Counted from the whole stretch's first letter, positions 54,501-63,079 are shown. The stretch is 63,079 nucleotides of DNA, filler included, from Reclinomonas americana ATCC 50394 (GCA_048213135.1; 16 parts of 16 records of this genome joined end to end with filler, not necessarily neighbours in it), one strand, 5' to 3'. Notes: a model not told the origin generated them from the letters alone. Made by a program: numbers and translations.

Positions 54501-56006
54501 CGACTGCGAAGCCACGTAGCGAAGCAAACGCTCGCAGTTCGGCGACAGGTCAGAGGGGAACACGTTCGGCCACGAAGTCAGCACGCGCACGGCCTGCGCG
54601 CACGCTCAACGTCATTCAAAAGGAAAAGAAAAAACACAAGAAACATGCACCACGCACCACATCCTCGGCCAGTCGCGCCAGCGCCTCCGGCTGGCTGTTG
54701 ACGGACATGATCAACGAGGCCAGGAACGCCGACGCCGCATCGTACAAGTGCCGCACAATGGCCTCCGGGAGCTCCAAGTACTCGGCCATGGCCGCCTTGC
54801 ACAGCATCACCGTGCCGTGATCGACGCCCAGCTCGTCGTCCTCCGACGCCGCCGCCACCGCCGCCGACGGGTCGTCGGTGAACATGAGCATGGTGGAGAA
54901 GTCGGCCGGCAGGTTCACCGACTGGAGGAGAGAGTGCGGTGAGGGGAGAGTGAAGAGGCAAAGGCGAGAAATCGTGGAGCGCAACTGGAGCATCGGGACG
55001 ACGGCGGCTGCGGCGCAACAGCATCGACATTGGGAAGTGCAACAAGTGGCCAGTGTACAAGTACGGCAGGAGACCGCGGAAGGCCAGCACGTCCAGCGGC
55101 GACGCCAACGCGCCACGTCGCTCCGACAAGTCAATCGTCACCACGCGCGACGGCAAGCGCTTTCCATTCGTGCCGGCGCGCACGGATTCCACAGTCTTGC
55201 GGAACCAACCCGACTGCATATGGAACCAGTAAGTGGCATGGTTCAAAGGGCACAAAAAGTGGAACAGAAGGAGAGAAAGTCGAAATCAAACTCGCTCGAT
55301 TGCACAGTGTTTTCTTCTTACTTCTACGAGCATGTGTGTGCGCGTGCATGTGCAGGTGAGGGAGAGAGTGACTGAGAGAGTGCAGAAAGTGTCTCAGGCG
55401 ACGGATCAACTTCGCCTTAGTGCGCCTTGCAAAGTTTCTCTTTCTCTCTCCCTCCGTGTGTATGCGTATATGTGTGCGTGTGTGCGTGTGCGTGTGTGCG
55501 TGTGTGTGTGTGTGCGCGCGCGTGTGTGCACAAGTGCCAGTGTGCGACAGACGAAGTTTGTGCGACAGACGAAGTACCTCAGGCGACGGATAATACCTCG
55601 CCTAAGGTGACGCCTACGTGCACCTTGCACAGCATCTCTCTCTCTCACTCTTCTCTCTCTCNNNNNNNNNNNNNNNNNNNNNNNNNNNNNNNNNNNNNNN
55701 NNNNNTTAATTAATTAANNNNNNNNNNNNNNNNNNNNNNNNNNNNNNNNNNNNNNNNNNNNCATGCGGATGCAATCGATAGCGCACGTACCGCTGCGGTC
55801 ACATGAATATTTTTGAACATCCGCACATCCTTGTTCTCCGCCACTCCACCCGCGTCTTCATCGTCACTCGGGTGCACTTCGGCGTCGGCAATCATACTCA
55901 GAAAGTACTGATCGACGCGACCCGCGTTGGGCGTCAGTATCACATGCACAGGCGGAGGAGGCGCGCCTGCCGAGGACGCCGACGACGCCTGTCCACTGAA
56001 ACTCAT
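51598..56006 (-). CDS. Multi-exon protein: N-terminal BTB/POZ-like region, acidic linker, C-terminal FYRN/FYRC domain
   Basis: BTB-like QSGWFRK...TIDL...AFRGLLPYLYTG; FYR-like GSITVLDLG...PMGYTARW...LRITD..GPIYTLT...YSAPTPTG...SGPH|CWGFQDHGLVRHL. Linkage across two gaps is inferred from strand and order. Confidence 0.62.
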
Positions 56007-56210
56007 GCTTGTGTTCAAGTGTGTGTGACCAAAGTGTGCGTGTGCGCGCAAACGAGAGAGCCGCACACGAAGATGACAAATTGCCTCCCGCCCTTTGTCA
56101 TCTTGTAGACGCGTCGTCGTTTACAGAAACGCAAATCCAGTCTTTTTTGTCGGAAAGCTGCTCACTGTCGTATCAATTGGTGGGAGCTTGACTTTCAGAA
56201 ATCAAAGTAT

Positions 56211-56314
56211 TAATTAGTTACTTATGGTATACTATGGTTTCTGAAAGTGAAGAACGAGCAGTCGACATAAGTATTTGTCTCCTACTCGTTCTTCTTTCAT
56301 TTTGCTTATTTGAG
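56211..56314 (+). repeat. Split direct repeat A1 (104 bp)
   Basis: Identical by eye to 62076-62179 (TAATTAGTTACTTATGG...GCTTATTTGAG). Confidence 0.95.
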
Positions 56315-56377
56315 CAAAGAAAAACTCAAGCAACTAACTTTTCTCTTCAACCACCTCCACCTCTCTCCACTTCAACG

Positions 56378-58093
56378 ATGTCCTCGCACGACGACACTAC
56401 CGGTACCGGCTCTGGTCAGGGAGACCGCCTTCGCAGTGAGCTCTCTGCCGAAGAGCGTGATCTCGCTGTCGCTGCGCTCGGCAGTGAAGGCATTACGCTC
56501 CGCAGCGCCTCGGGTCGCTCTTCGCGCTCTGCCTCGTTTCACTCTCACTCGTCTCTCCAGCAGACACGTGGGCAGGGATCCGTCGCACATACGCGTCAGT
56601 ACGGCGATGAAGTGATGGAGGTGGATGGTAGTGGTGGGCATGTCACGGTGGACATGACCACCACCGCCACCCCTGGCGGCCCCACCCCCGGCGGCCCCAC
56701 CCAGCAGCACGCTTCGCCCCCGCAGCGTGCGCGCCCGCAACTCGGCAGCGACACCGCGCAGCTGCAGGAGCGCCTTGAGCAGTTCGAGTCGCGCGTCGCG
56801 CACCGTGTCGAGGAGATGGCCCGCATCTCTGACTACCAGCAGCAGCACTTGCTTGAGGTCGCGCACGCCCAGGCCCGCCAGGTTGAGCAGCTCGTCGCTC
56901 AGTTCAGCTACATGCAGCACGCCCAGGCGGTGTCGGCTCAGGCGTCGATGCGCGGTCAACAGCAACAGCGTCAGGTGTCCGCACCGGCTTCGGTGGCGTT
57001 CACGCCAAGCGAGGTTCCTCGCGAGTCGCGTTTCCAGTCGTTGGCCTACGGAGGAACGGAGGAGGAGGATGACGAGGCCGACTTGTTCCGCGTCAGTACC
57101 CCCCCTCAGTCACCCACCCGTTTTGGCCTCGACGCCGGCACCATTGTGGGTCACGGCGCAAGCAGCAGCCCCGCCACCTTCGCCGGCTTCGCCGCCCCGG
57201 TCACCGACGCCGCCATGACGATCGTCAACACGGCGGCTGCGCGCACGATTCCACGCCACACCTACGGCTTCACATCCGTCGACGAGGCGCTTGCTGGGGC
57301 CCCTCCGGCCGGCGGGAACACCGACGCACGCAGGTTCACCGAGACCGTGACTAACGGCTACCTTTTTCCGCAGACTCTCAGCATCATCAAGCAGCCGATG
57401 TTCACTTGGTCTTACGTCAACGACGCCGCGAATTCTCTTCGCCTCTACGAGGACCTCAAGGCGCACAAGGCGGTGGAGACAGAAGTCATCGCCCTGCGCC
57501 GTGCGCTGTACAAACAGCTTGGCCCGGTGGTGGCCAACGCTCTCCTCACCCCGCTGATCCACTGTGTCGGCAAGGAGGGCAAGGCTCTGATGGAGACGTT
57601 CGAGCACGCACGCATCGCGTCGAGTGACTGGGACCAGTTCGCCACCAGCACCCTCGGTCCCAAGAAGGACGGCTGGACGGCGGCCGACCTTTTCTGCACT
57701 GCACGCATGGCTCGCCTTCAGGGCCACCAGCCGCACTCGCCAGCCGTGGCGCAAGTGACCAACTCCTTCCGCATCATGGCCAACGACACAACCGGCATTT
57801 ACCTCGGCATGGCCGCAGCTGCCACCAACACCCCGGCTGCTGCGCACGCGCAGAGTTCCGGGCCGTTTCGTGCCGGCGCCGGTGCCAGCGGCTCCACAAC
57901 CAGCGCTCGGCCTGCCGCTGCCCATGCCGGCAACGGCAACCAACGCCGAGGTCGTTCCCGCAACACGGCTCGAGTTGCCGGCGGACCAGCCGCAGCCGGC
58001 GGCGGCGTCAGCAACCGCACGAGCCCTCATCGAGCGTCTGATGGCCCAAACGCATCCGGCGCCGCCGCCGCTGGCAACGGCCAGCAGCGCTGA
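56378..58093 (+). CDS. ORF1, putative Gag-like protein of the retrotransposon
   Basis: Intronless first ORF of the element; coiled-coil segment and basic/Gly-rich C-terminus; assigned by position. An upstream in-frame ATG lies at 56234, inside repeat A1. Confidence 0.75.
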   Translation: MSSHDDTTGTGSGQGDRLRSELSAEERDLAVAALGSEGITLRSASGRSSRSASFHSHSSLQQTRGQGSVAHTRQYGDEVMEVDGSGGHVTVDMTTTATPGGPTPGGPTQQHASPPQRARPQLGSDTAQLQERLEQFESRVAHRVEEMARISDYQQQHLLEVAHAQARQVEQLVAQFSYMQHAQAVSAQASMRGQQQQRQVSAPASVAFTPSEVPRESRFQSLAYGGTEEEDDEADLFRVSTPPQSPTRFGLDAGTIVGHGASSSPATFAGFAAPVTDAAMTIVNTAAARTIPRHTYGFTSVDEALAGAPPAGGNTDARRFTETVTNGYLFPQTLSIIKQPMFTWSYVNDAANSLRLYEDLKAHKAVETEVIALRRALYKQLGPVVANALLTPLIHCVGKEGKALMETFEHARIASSDWDQFATSTLGPKKDGWTAADLFCTARMARLQGHQPHSPAVAQVTNSFRIMANDTTGIYLGMAAAATNTPAAAHAQSSGPFRAGAGASGSTTSARPAAAHAGNGNQRRGRSRNTARVAGGPAAAGGGVSNRTSPHRASDGPNASGAAAAGNGQQR

Positions 58094-61000
58094 GCGCCAC
58101 ACAGGCCGTAGCGCCGCCGGCCAGCCACAACAACAGCGGCGCATCCTCGGGCCCAGCATGTTCCGACATGCTGGCCTCTACTCTACCACAGCTACGTCAT
58201 TCTGCGTCTCTCCTCGCTCCTCTCGTCGTCCCTCCACCTCGGCTGCAGACAGAGCAAGAACACACGCACGTGACACCCTCCCTTCACACTCAACACACAC
58301 TCATCGTTCACACACACAATGGCACCTCCTCTCCGGTGGTGTCCCCACCTCCGACGGCGCTCTCGCCGCCCCCCTCAGTGCCTCTCGCGTCTCCCTTGCT
58401 CCCTCAGCAGTCTCCGACAGAGCACTCTCCCCCACTTCTGACGTCCCACACGTCTCCCCCCGTGCTCGTGCCTCCCCTGTACACGCCTCCTCCGCTGTCA
58501 GTAGCAGAGCACCCCTCAGTGAACGCGCCGCCTCGGCCATCACTTTCGCACCCGACACAACTGTCCTCCCCCTCTGTCCTGTCGACATTCCAGAAACAGA
58601 GCGAACACACACACGCGCCGTCCTTACCGCGCAGTCAGGAGACACGTTCTTGGTTGCACACTCGCGTGACGCCTCTCGGCCACGCACCCACAATCTCTCC
58701 TCTCTCTCGCCACTTGTCGATAGAGACGGAGCCGTTCCTTCCGAACCACGATCCTCGTCAGCACATTCCTCTCACTCCGAGACAGCCGTACCACTTAGCT
58801 TGGTGGAGCAGAATACTTCTCGACACTCCGAGGGACAGAGAACTCCTTTCCTGGATCGCTCACGGATTCCCGGTGAGCTGGTGGAGAGCGCCCACTCCCT
58901 TCTGCATTCCGTCGCGCCCGATTGGCTGCGACGAGAAGGAGTGGCTCCGCTCCGAGCTGGCACGCCTGGAGTCTGTGGGAGCGATCTCTCGCATTCCTCT
59001 CTCAGAGCTCAACCACTCTCGTTTCCCTTGCGTGTCTCCGGCCTTCATCATCCCGAAGAAGAGTCTCGATCCTCTCGCTCCTCGCAAGCACCGCCTGATC
59101 TCGAACTTTTCTCACCTGAACGAGAGCGTGATCACTCAGCCTTACCAGTTTCCCTCCTTGAAGGAGATTGGGCAGGTTCTCTACCCCGGTTGTTACATGA
59201 CTTGCCACGACGCTCAGGACGCCTTCTTCCACATAGCGATGGCGGAGGAGGACATGCGGTACTTCGTTTGTCGCCTCGGCGACGAGGCGTGGTGTCATCG
59301 GACCCTCCCATTCGGCTTCAGCCAGTCGCCTTCGGCGATGCAGCGCTTTTCGAACGCCGTGGTTCGCTACCTCCGCCGGGCCTACAACATGACGATCTTC
59401 GTGTACGTGGACGACTACATTCTCATCTCGCCGACGAAGGAGCAAGCGGTGAGAAACAGAGACATCTTCTTCATGTTCCTTTATCGACTCGGCATCAGAT
59501 TGCAGAGGCAGAAGGGGACAGTGGAGCCCACACAGAGACTCGTTTTCCTCGGAGTCGAGATAGATTGCACGCACAGTCCAACCTTCAGAGTTCCGTCAGC
59601 AGCGGCACACGAGACACAGTTGTTAGCGCAGCGCACACTCCGGCACATCACACGCAGTGGAGGAGTGATAGGAGCCAGGCAGTTAGCCAAGATGGTGGGT
59701 CGGGGACAGTCGCACTCGATTGCAGTTCCTCTCGCCGCTCTCCATCTTCGCGCCCTCTACGACACCCTCAGCTCGTCGCCACACCAGCTCAGAGCAGTGA
59801 GGCACTGGAAACATACAGTGACAGTCACGTCGCAGGCACTGGCAGACCTACAGAATTTTTGGTGCAAGTTCACGCAGCAGACACTCTTCAAGCCAGCTCG
59901 CAAACCATCCTTCCTGCACTCTTTGAGAGTCACGACAGACAGCTCGCAGAAAGGTTGGGCAGCACACATAGTCGTTCCACAGACATCGCAGAGTCCACTC
60001 GACACGTCGCACAGCCACACTCAGATTCGCGCAGTGCAAGAGACAGTGAGTGGGCCGTGGGTGGGAGAGTTCTACTCACAGGACATTACCACCAAGGAGC
60101 TACTCGCAGTGCTGTTCGCAGTGGAGACATTCTTGCCTCACATTCGCGAGAGACGAGTCATGCTGGTGACCGACAACATGGCAGTCATGCATCTGTTACA
60201 GAAGCACACCTCCCCGTCTCCTCGTTTGAACTCAATCCTGCGACGAGTGATCACAGTTCTGTTCAGCAACAACGTCATCTTCACCTCCAAGTACGTCCCC
60301 ACCCACCTCAACCTGGCCGACAAGCCTTCCAGAGTGTTCGACAGACACAACTGGTCCCTGGCCAACGATGTGTTCCGCCACCTGTGCAGACGATGGACGA
60401 CGCCGGAGGTCGACTTGTTCGCATCCTCCACGACAGCCAAACTCCAGCGCTACTACACCTACAGCCACGACAACAAGGCAGCAGCGGTGAACGCATTCTC
60501 ACAGCAATGGTCGCAACTGACTCTGTACGCTTGCCCTCCCTTCGCACTGATTGGCAGAGTCGTGGCTCATTTTCTGGAGACCTGTCACCCGCACGGCCGA
60601 CTCATCCTCATAGCACCATGGTGGCCGAGCTCAGTGTGGCACAGTCAGCTTACTCGGCTGGCGACCGACTCAATCGACCTCGGCACACAAGCGGCCGTCC
60701 CCACTCCGCTGCAGCAACGCCGTCTTTCAATCGAGCCTCGGGCGCACAAGGGCTTGAAACTGGTGGCATGGCTCCTCTCGCCGAACGGGCCGCCAAGCGG
60801 CTGTGGACTCCACCACCCGGTGGAGACGCTGCGCAGCTTTTCAAGCGACTCAGCTCCAGAGACGGATCTCAGTTGACGGACGAGGAGCTGCTCACCGCCG
60901 CCTTACAGCCGGCCACCCAGCGCCAGTACATCCGCATCGTTACATCTCTCACTCGCGATTTCGCCCTCACCTTCCCTTTGTCGGAGGACAGAGTCGTGCA

Positions 61001-61952
61001 TGTCGTCACTGGTCTGTTCAACCGTGACCTCGCCGTCAACACCATTAAGAGCTACATCGCCGCGCTCTCTCGTTATCACGCGGATTTCTACGGCACCACT
61101 CTGCTCGACATGCCTCTGGTTCGCAAGGCGCTACTCGGCGCAGCCTCGGTGTACACGATGAGGAAGGCGTTGCGTGGGGGGGAGACACACACCAAATCCA
61201 CTCTTGTGCCTCCGCTCGACCCACTAGTCATCTCTGCCATTCTGCGTGCCTTGTCTCGTCGTCACTACGTTGTGTGGTCTGTCATCACAACACGCGCTGT
61301 CGCCTCGATCTTGTTTGGTTACTTGTTGTGCCTCCGTCCTCGCACTCTACTGTGGATCTGTGGAGGGCACTTCAAACTCCGTCACACTGCTCTGTCCGTC
61401 GAAGTTGCATTGGTGTGGGAGAAGACACGCATCAAGTCAGCGAGCTCACGGGCACGTCCTGTCCTACTATCCGACCTGCCACCATATCTCTTTGCCTTTG
61501 TGCAATACGTGTGTGACAGCATGGCGACAGACGAGCTCCTCTTTCCCTGCTCTGACACGGACGACGACAGTCGCTCCCGTGCCACTAACATTCTCTCCGA
61601 GTGTGTCAGAACAGTGGCGCGCGCTTCTGGCCCCAGTGTCACCCAAGCCGAAGGTGCGGACGTCATGCCGCGCTTCTCGGCCCGCTCTCTCCGTTGCGGC
61701 GGTGCAACTGCTGCCGCGACTCTCGGTGTGGGCGCACAAGACCTCAGTCGTGTGGCTTATTGGACAAGCGAGCACACGTTCAGCCTCTACACCCGTGCCT
61801 CCACTCAACCACCTGGTCCTCTCGTGGCAGCCGCTCTCTCATCGGTTTTCCGCGGAGTGCTGCTCAGCAGTGCGCTGCCTCGTTTCGATGGCCCTGAAAG
61901 CTGCGTCCTTCCACACACCCTGTCGTTAGACGACCTGTTTGATCCTGGTTGA
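57870..61952 (+). CDS. ORF3: long frame overlapping pol, with a tyrosine recombinase in the C-terminal ~390 aa (from ~60770)
   Basis: SAM-like TQRQY...LAVNTIKSYIAALSRYH; catalytic-region CLRP, EKT, RSLRCGGAT, YWTS..FSLY. Confidence 0.88.
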   Translation: MPAPVPAAPQPALGLPLPMPATATNAEVVPATRLELPADQPQPAAASATARALIERLMAQTHPAPPPLATASSAERHTGRSAAGQPQQQRRILGPSMFRHAGLYSTTATSFCVSPRSSRRPSTSAADRARTHARDTLPSHSTHTHRSHTQWHLLSGGVPTSDGALAAPLSASRVSLAPSAVSDRALSPTSDVPHVSPRARASPVHASSAVSSRAPLSERAASAITFAPDTTVLPLCPVDIPETERTHTRAVLTAQSGDTFLVAHSRDASRPRTHNLSSLSPLVDRDGAVPSEPRSSSAHSSHSETAVPLSLVEQNTSRHSEGQRTPFLDRSRIPGELVESAHSLLHSVAPDWLRREGVAPLRAGTPGVCGSDLSHSSLRAQPLSFPLRVSGLHHPEEESRSSRSSQAPPDLELFSPERERDHSALPVSLLEGDWAGSLPRLLHDLPRRSGRLLPHSDGGGGHAVLRLSPRRRGVVSSDPPIRLQPVAFGDAALFERRGSLPPPGLQHDDLRVRGRLHSHLADEGASGEKQRHLLHVPLSTRHQIAEAEGDSGAHTETRFPRSRDRLHAQSNLQSSVSSGTRDTVVSAAHTPAHHTQWRSDRSQAVSQDGGSGTVALDCSSSRRSPSSRPLRHPQLVATPAQSSEALETYSDSHVAGTGRPTEFLVQVHAADTLQASSQTILPALFESHDRQLAERLGSTHSRSTDIAESTRHVAQPHSDSRSARDSEWAVGGRVLLTGHYHQGATRSAVRSGDILASHSRETSHAGDRQHGSHASVTEAHLPVSSFELNPATSDHSSVQQQRHLHLQVRPHPPQPGRQAFQSVRQTQLVPGQRCVPPPVQTMDDAGGRLVRILHDSQTPALLHLQPRQQGSSGERILTAMVATDSVRLPSLRTDWQSRGSFSGDLSPARPTHPHSTMVAELSVAQSAYSAGDRLNRPRHTSGRPHSAAATPSFNRASGAQGLETGGMAPLAERAAKRLWTPPPGGDAAQLFKRLSSRDGSQLTDEELLTAALQPATQRQYIRIVTSLTRDFALTFPLSEDRVVHVVTGLFNRDLAVNTIKSYIAALSRYHADFYGTTLLDMPLVRKALLGAASVYTMRKALRGGETHTKSTLVPPLDPLVISAILRALSRRHYVVWSVITTRAVASILFGYLLCLRPRTLLWICGGHFKLRHTALSVEVALVWEKTRIKSASSRARPVLLSDLPPYLFAFVQYVCDSMATDELLFPCSDTDDDSRSRATNILSECVRTVARASGPSVTQAEGADVMPRFSARSLRCGGATAAATLGVGAQDLSRVAYWTSEHTFSLYTRASTQPPGPLVAAALSSVFRGVLLSSALPRFDGPESCVLPHTLSLDDLFDPG
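58168..60876 (+). CDS. ORF2: reverse transcriptase, RNase H and DIRS-type adenine-methyltransferase-like domain
   Basis: RT: SPAFIIPKK, RLISNFSHLN, HDAQDAFFHI, LPFGFSQSP, YVDD, FLG. RH: TTDSS..GW, KELLAV, TDN, NLADKPSR. MT: EVDLFAS, YACPPF, LIAPWWP..W. Confidence 0.93.
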   Translation: MLASTLPQLRHSASLLAPLVVPPPRLQTEQEHTHVTPSLHTQHTLIVHTHNGTSSPVVSPPPTALSPPPSVPLASPLLPQQSPTEHSPPLLTSHTSPPVLVPPLYTPPPLSVAEHPSVNAPPRPSLSHPTQLSSPSVLSTFQKQSEHTHAPSLPRSQETRSWLHTRVTPLGHAPTISPLSRHLSIETEPFLPNHDPRQHIPLTPRQPYHLAWWSRILLDTPRDRELLSWIAHGFPVSWWRAPTPFCIPSRPIGCDEKEWLRSELARLESVGAISRIPLSELNHSRFPCVSPAFIIPKKSLDPLAPRKHRLISNFSHLNESVITQPYQFPSLKEIGQVLYPGCYMTCHDAQDAFFHIAMAEEDMRYFVCRLGDEAWCHRTLPFGFSQSPSAMQRFSNAVVRYLRRAYNMTIFVYVDDYILISPTKEQAVRNRDIFFMFLYRLGIRLQRQKGTVEPTQRLVFLGVEIDCTHSPTFRVPSAAAHETQLLAQRTLRHITRSGGVIGARQLAKMVGRGQSHSIAVPLAALHLRALYDTLSSSPHQLRAVRHWKHTVTVTSQALADLQNFWCKFTQQTLFKPARKPSFLHSLRVTTDSSQKGWAAHIVVPQTSQSPLDTSHSHTQIRAVQETVSGPWVGEFYSQDITTKELLAVLFAVETFLPHIRERRVMLVTDNMAVMHLLQKHTSPSPRLNSILRRVITVLFSNNVIFTSKYVPTHLNLADKPSRVFDRHNWSLANDVFRHLCRRWTTPEVDLFASSTTAKLQRYYTYSHDNKAAAVNAFSQQWSQLTLYACPPFALIGRVVAHFLETCHPHGRLILIAPWWPSSVWHSQLTRLATDSIDLGTQAAVPTPLQQRRLSIEPRAHKGLKLVAWLLSPNGPPSGCGLHHPVETLRSFSSDSAPETDLS

Positions 61953-62037
61953 GTGGTGGGCGCCTTATCTATTTCTCTCCATTTGTTGGTGAATGTTTCT
62001 CAGCCTTTTTTCACTGTTCTTATTTTCTGCCCGATTT

Positions 62038-62179
62038 CCCCGTTTGTTGGTGACTGCTCGTTCCACTGAAAGAAATAATTAGTTACTTATGGTATACTAT
62101 GGTTTCTGAAAGTGAAGAACGAGCAGTCGACATAAGTATTTGTCTCCTACTCGTTCTTCTTTCATTTTGCTTATTTGAG
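62038..62179 (+). repeat. Internal B1 (62038-62075) joined directly to A2 (62076-62179)
   Basis: B1 equals 63041-63078 and A2 equals 56211-56314; they abut with no spacer. Confidence 0.95.
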
Positions 62180-63040
62180 TACCCTCCCTTCCCTCCCCTT
62201 TTTTGCTATTTCTTCCGAGCAGTCACACTCACGTTCTCTTTCATTTTCGGAGCGCTTTAGCGCTTCCGCGATCCAGTCTTATCCCGGTCGGCGTCTCGGA
62301 TGTCGCGCTGGCTTTTTGACGAATGAGCGGTGGCGAAGAAGTGTTGAACCATCATGCGCGAGACGGCGGTGTGGGTGACGGACGGCGGAACTGGATTGGT
62401 GTGGGCGTGGAGCGGAGCTCGTTTGCGCGCCGGAAACATGAAGTACGGCGTGAGCAGAGCGGAGTGATTGGTGTGCCGTGTAATGTCGGCCTTGTGGGCG
62501 GGTGTGTGAGGGGCAGGAGCAGTATGCAGCAGCTGAGTGCGTTTTTTCCTATTGATCGTTTTCCTTATACTGGTCTCTCCTGGGTCTTGCGAGAGGGGTG
62601 TCATAGTGGTTAGGCTTCGAGGGCAGAAGAGGTGGAGTCGTTGGTCTTGAGAGTGGTGATGGGCATATCGGTTTGTCGTGGTGGTGGGCGTTCGTGCACG
62701 AAAACGACGTCTTTGAGAAGGGGACTCGTCCACCCCTTTACTCAGCCTTGCCACCTGGGTGTTTGCTACCGCGACTGCATGACGATGTGTTTTCAGATCT
62801 ACTTCTCCTTGGCTTTCCGTCTTTCACTTCCTATGTTTCTTTTGATGACCGCCGCTTTGGTGCTAGATGATTGCTTCTTCTTGACTTGGGTGAGATTGGT
62901 GACAACTTTGTTTTTGGTATCATTACTATTGCTTGAGACGCGTTTGCGACTGGATGCGGCCACTTTGGTCTGTTTCCTTTGCAGATGCCCTGCTTATACT
63001 CTTGATTGATTTATTTAGAGAGTAACTGCAAATGAAAAGC

Positions 63041-63078
63041 CCCCGTTTGTTGGTGACTGCTCGTTCCACTGAAAGAAA
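63041..63078 (+). repeat. Split direct repeat B2 (38 bp), right end of the element
   Basis: CCCCGTTTGTTGGTGACTGCTCGTTCCACTGAAAGAAA, identical to B1. Confidence 0.93.
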
Positions 63079-63079
63079 A

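Larger units (their letters stand above)
56211..63078 (+). mobile_element. Tyrosine-recombinase retrotransposon (DIRS order, PAT-like, split direct repeats A1-ORFs-B1A2-spacer-B2), apparently full length
   Basis: RT, RNase H, MT-like and YR motifs; identical 104-bp A repeats and identical 38-bp B repeats in split-direct-repeat order; no LTRs, DDE integrase or protease seen. Confidence 0.93.

Noticed and set aside
57110..58159. 349-aa antisense ORF in gag
   Set aside because: GC-rich shadow frame with no motifs and a non-ATG start.
56211..62179. LTR retrotransposon with 104-bp LTRs
   Set aside because: No TG..CA ends, integrase or protease; the YR and the extra B repeats indicate split direct repeats.

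Overview
Eukaryotic, GC-rich, intron-containing scaffold, probably from a protist. It consists of 16 contigs joined by artificial N50-TTAATTAATTAA-N50-type spacers; genes such as squalene synthase run across the spacers, so the contigs appear ordered. Recognisable genes are a Stealth/LNR (GNPTAB-like) phosphotransferase, a CIB/calcineurin-B-like EF-hand protein, a WD40 protein, squalene synthase, uracil-DNA glycosylase, a BTB plus FYRN/FYRC protein and an initiator-type tRNA-Met. There is also an intronless 759-aa gene that looks bacterial, and two tandem secreted NHL/FN3/cadherin-like/PAN genes. The last 6.9 kb is an apparently complete, intact tyrosine-recombinase retrotransposon (DIRS order, PAT-like): gag, RT-RNaseH-methyltransferase, an overlapping YR ORF, and split direct repeats A1...B1A2...B2 whose ends are partly complementary. 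All family assignments come from reading motifs by eye; no database searches were run.
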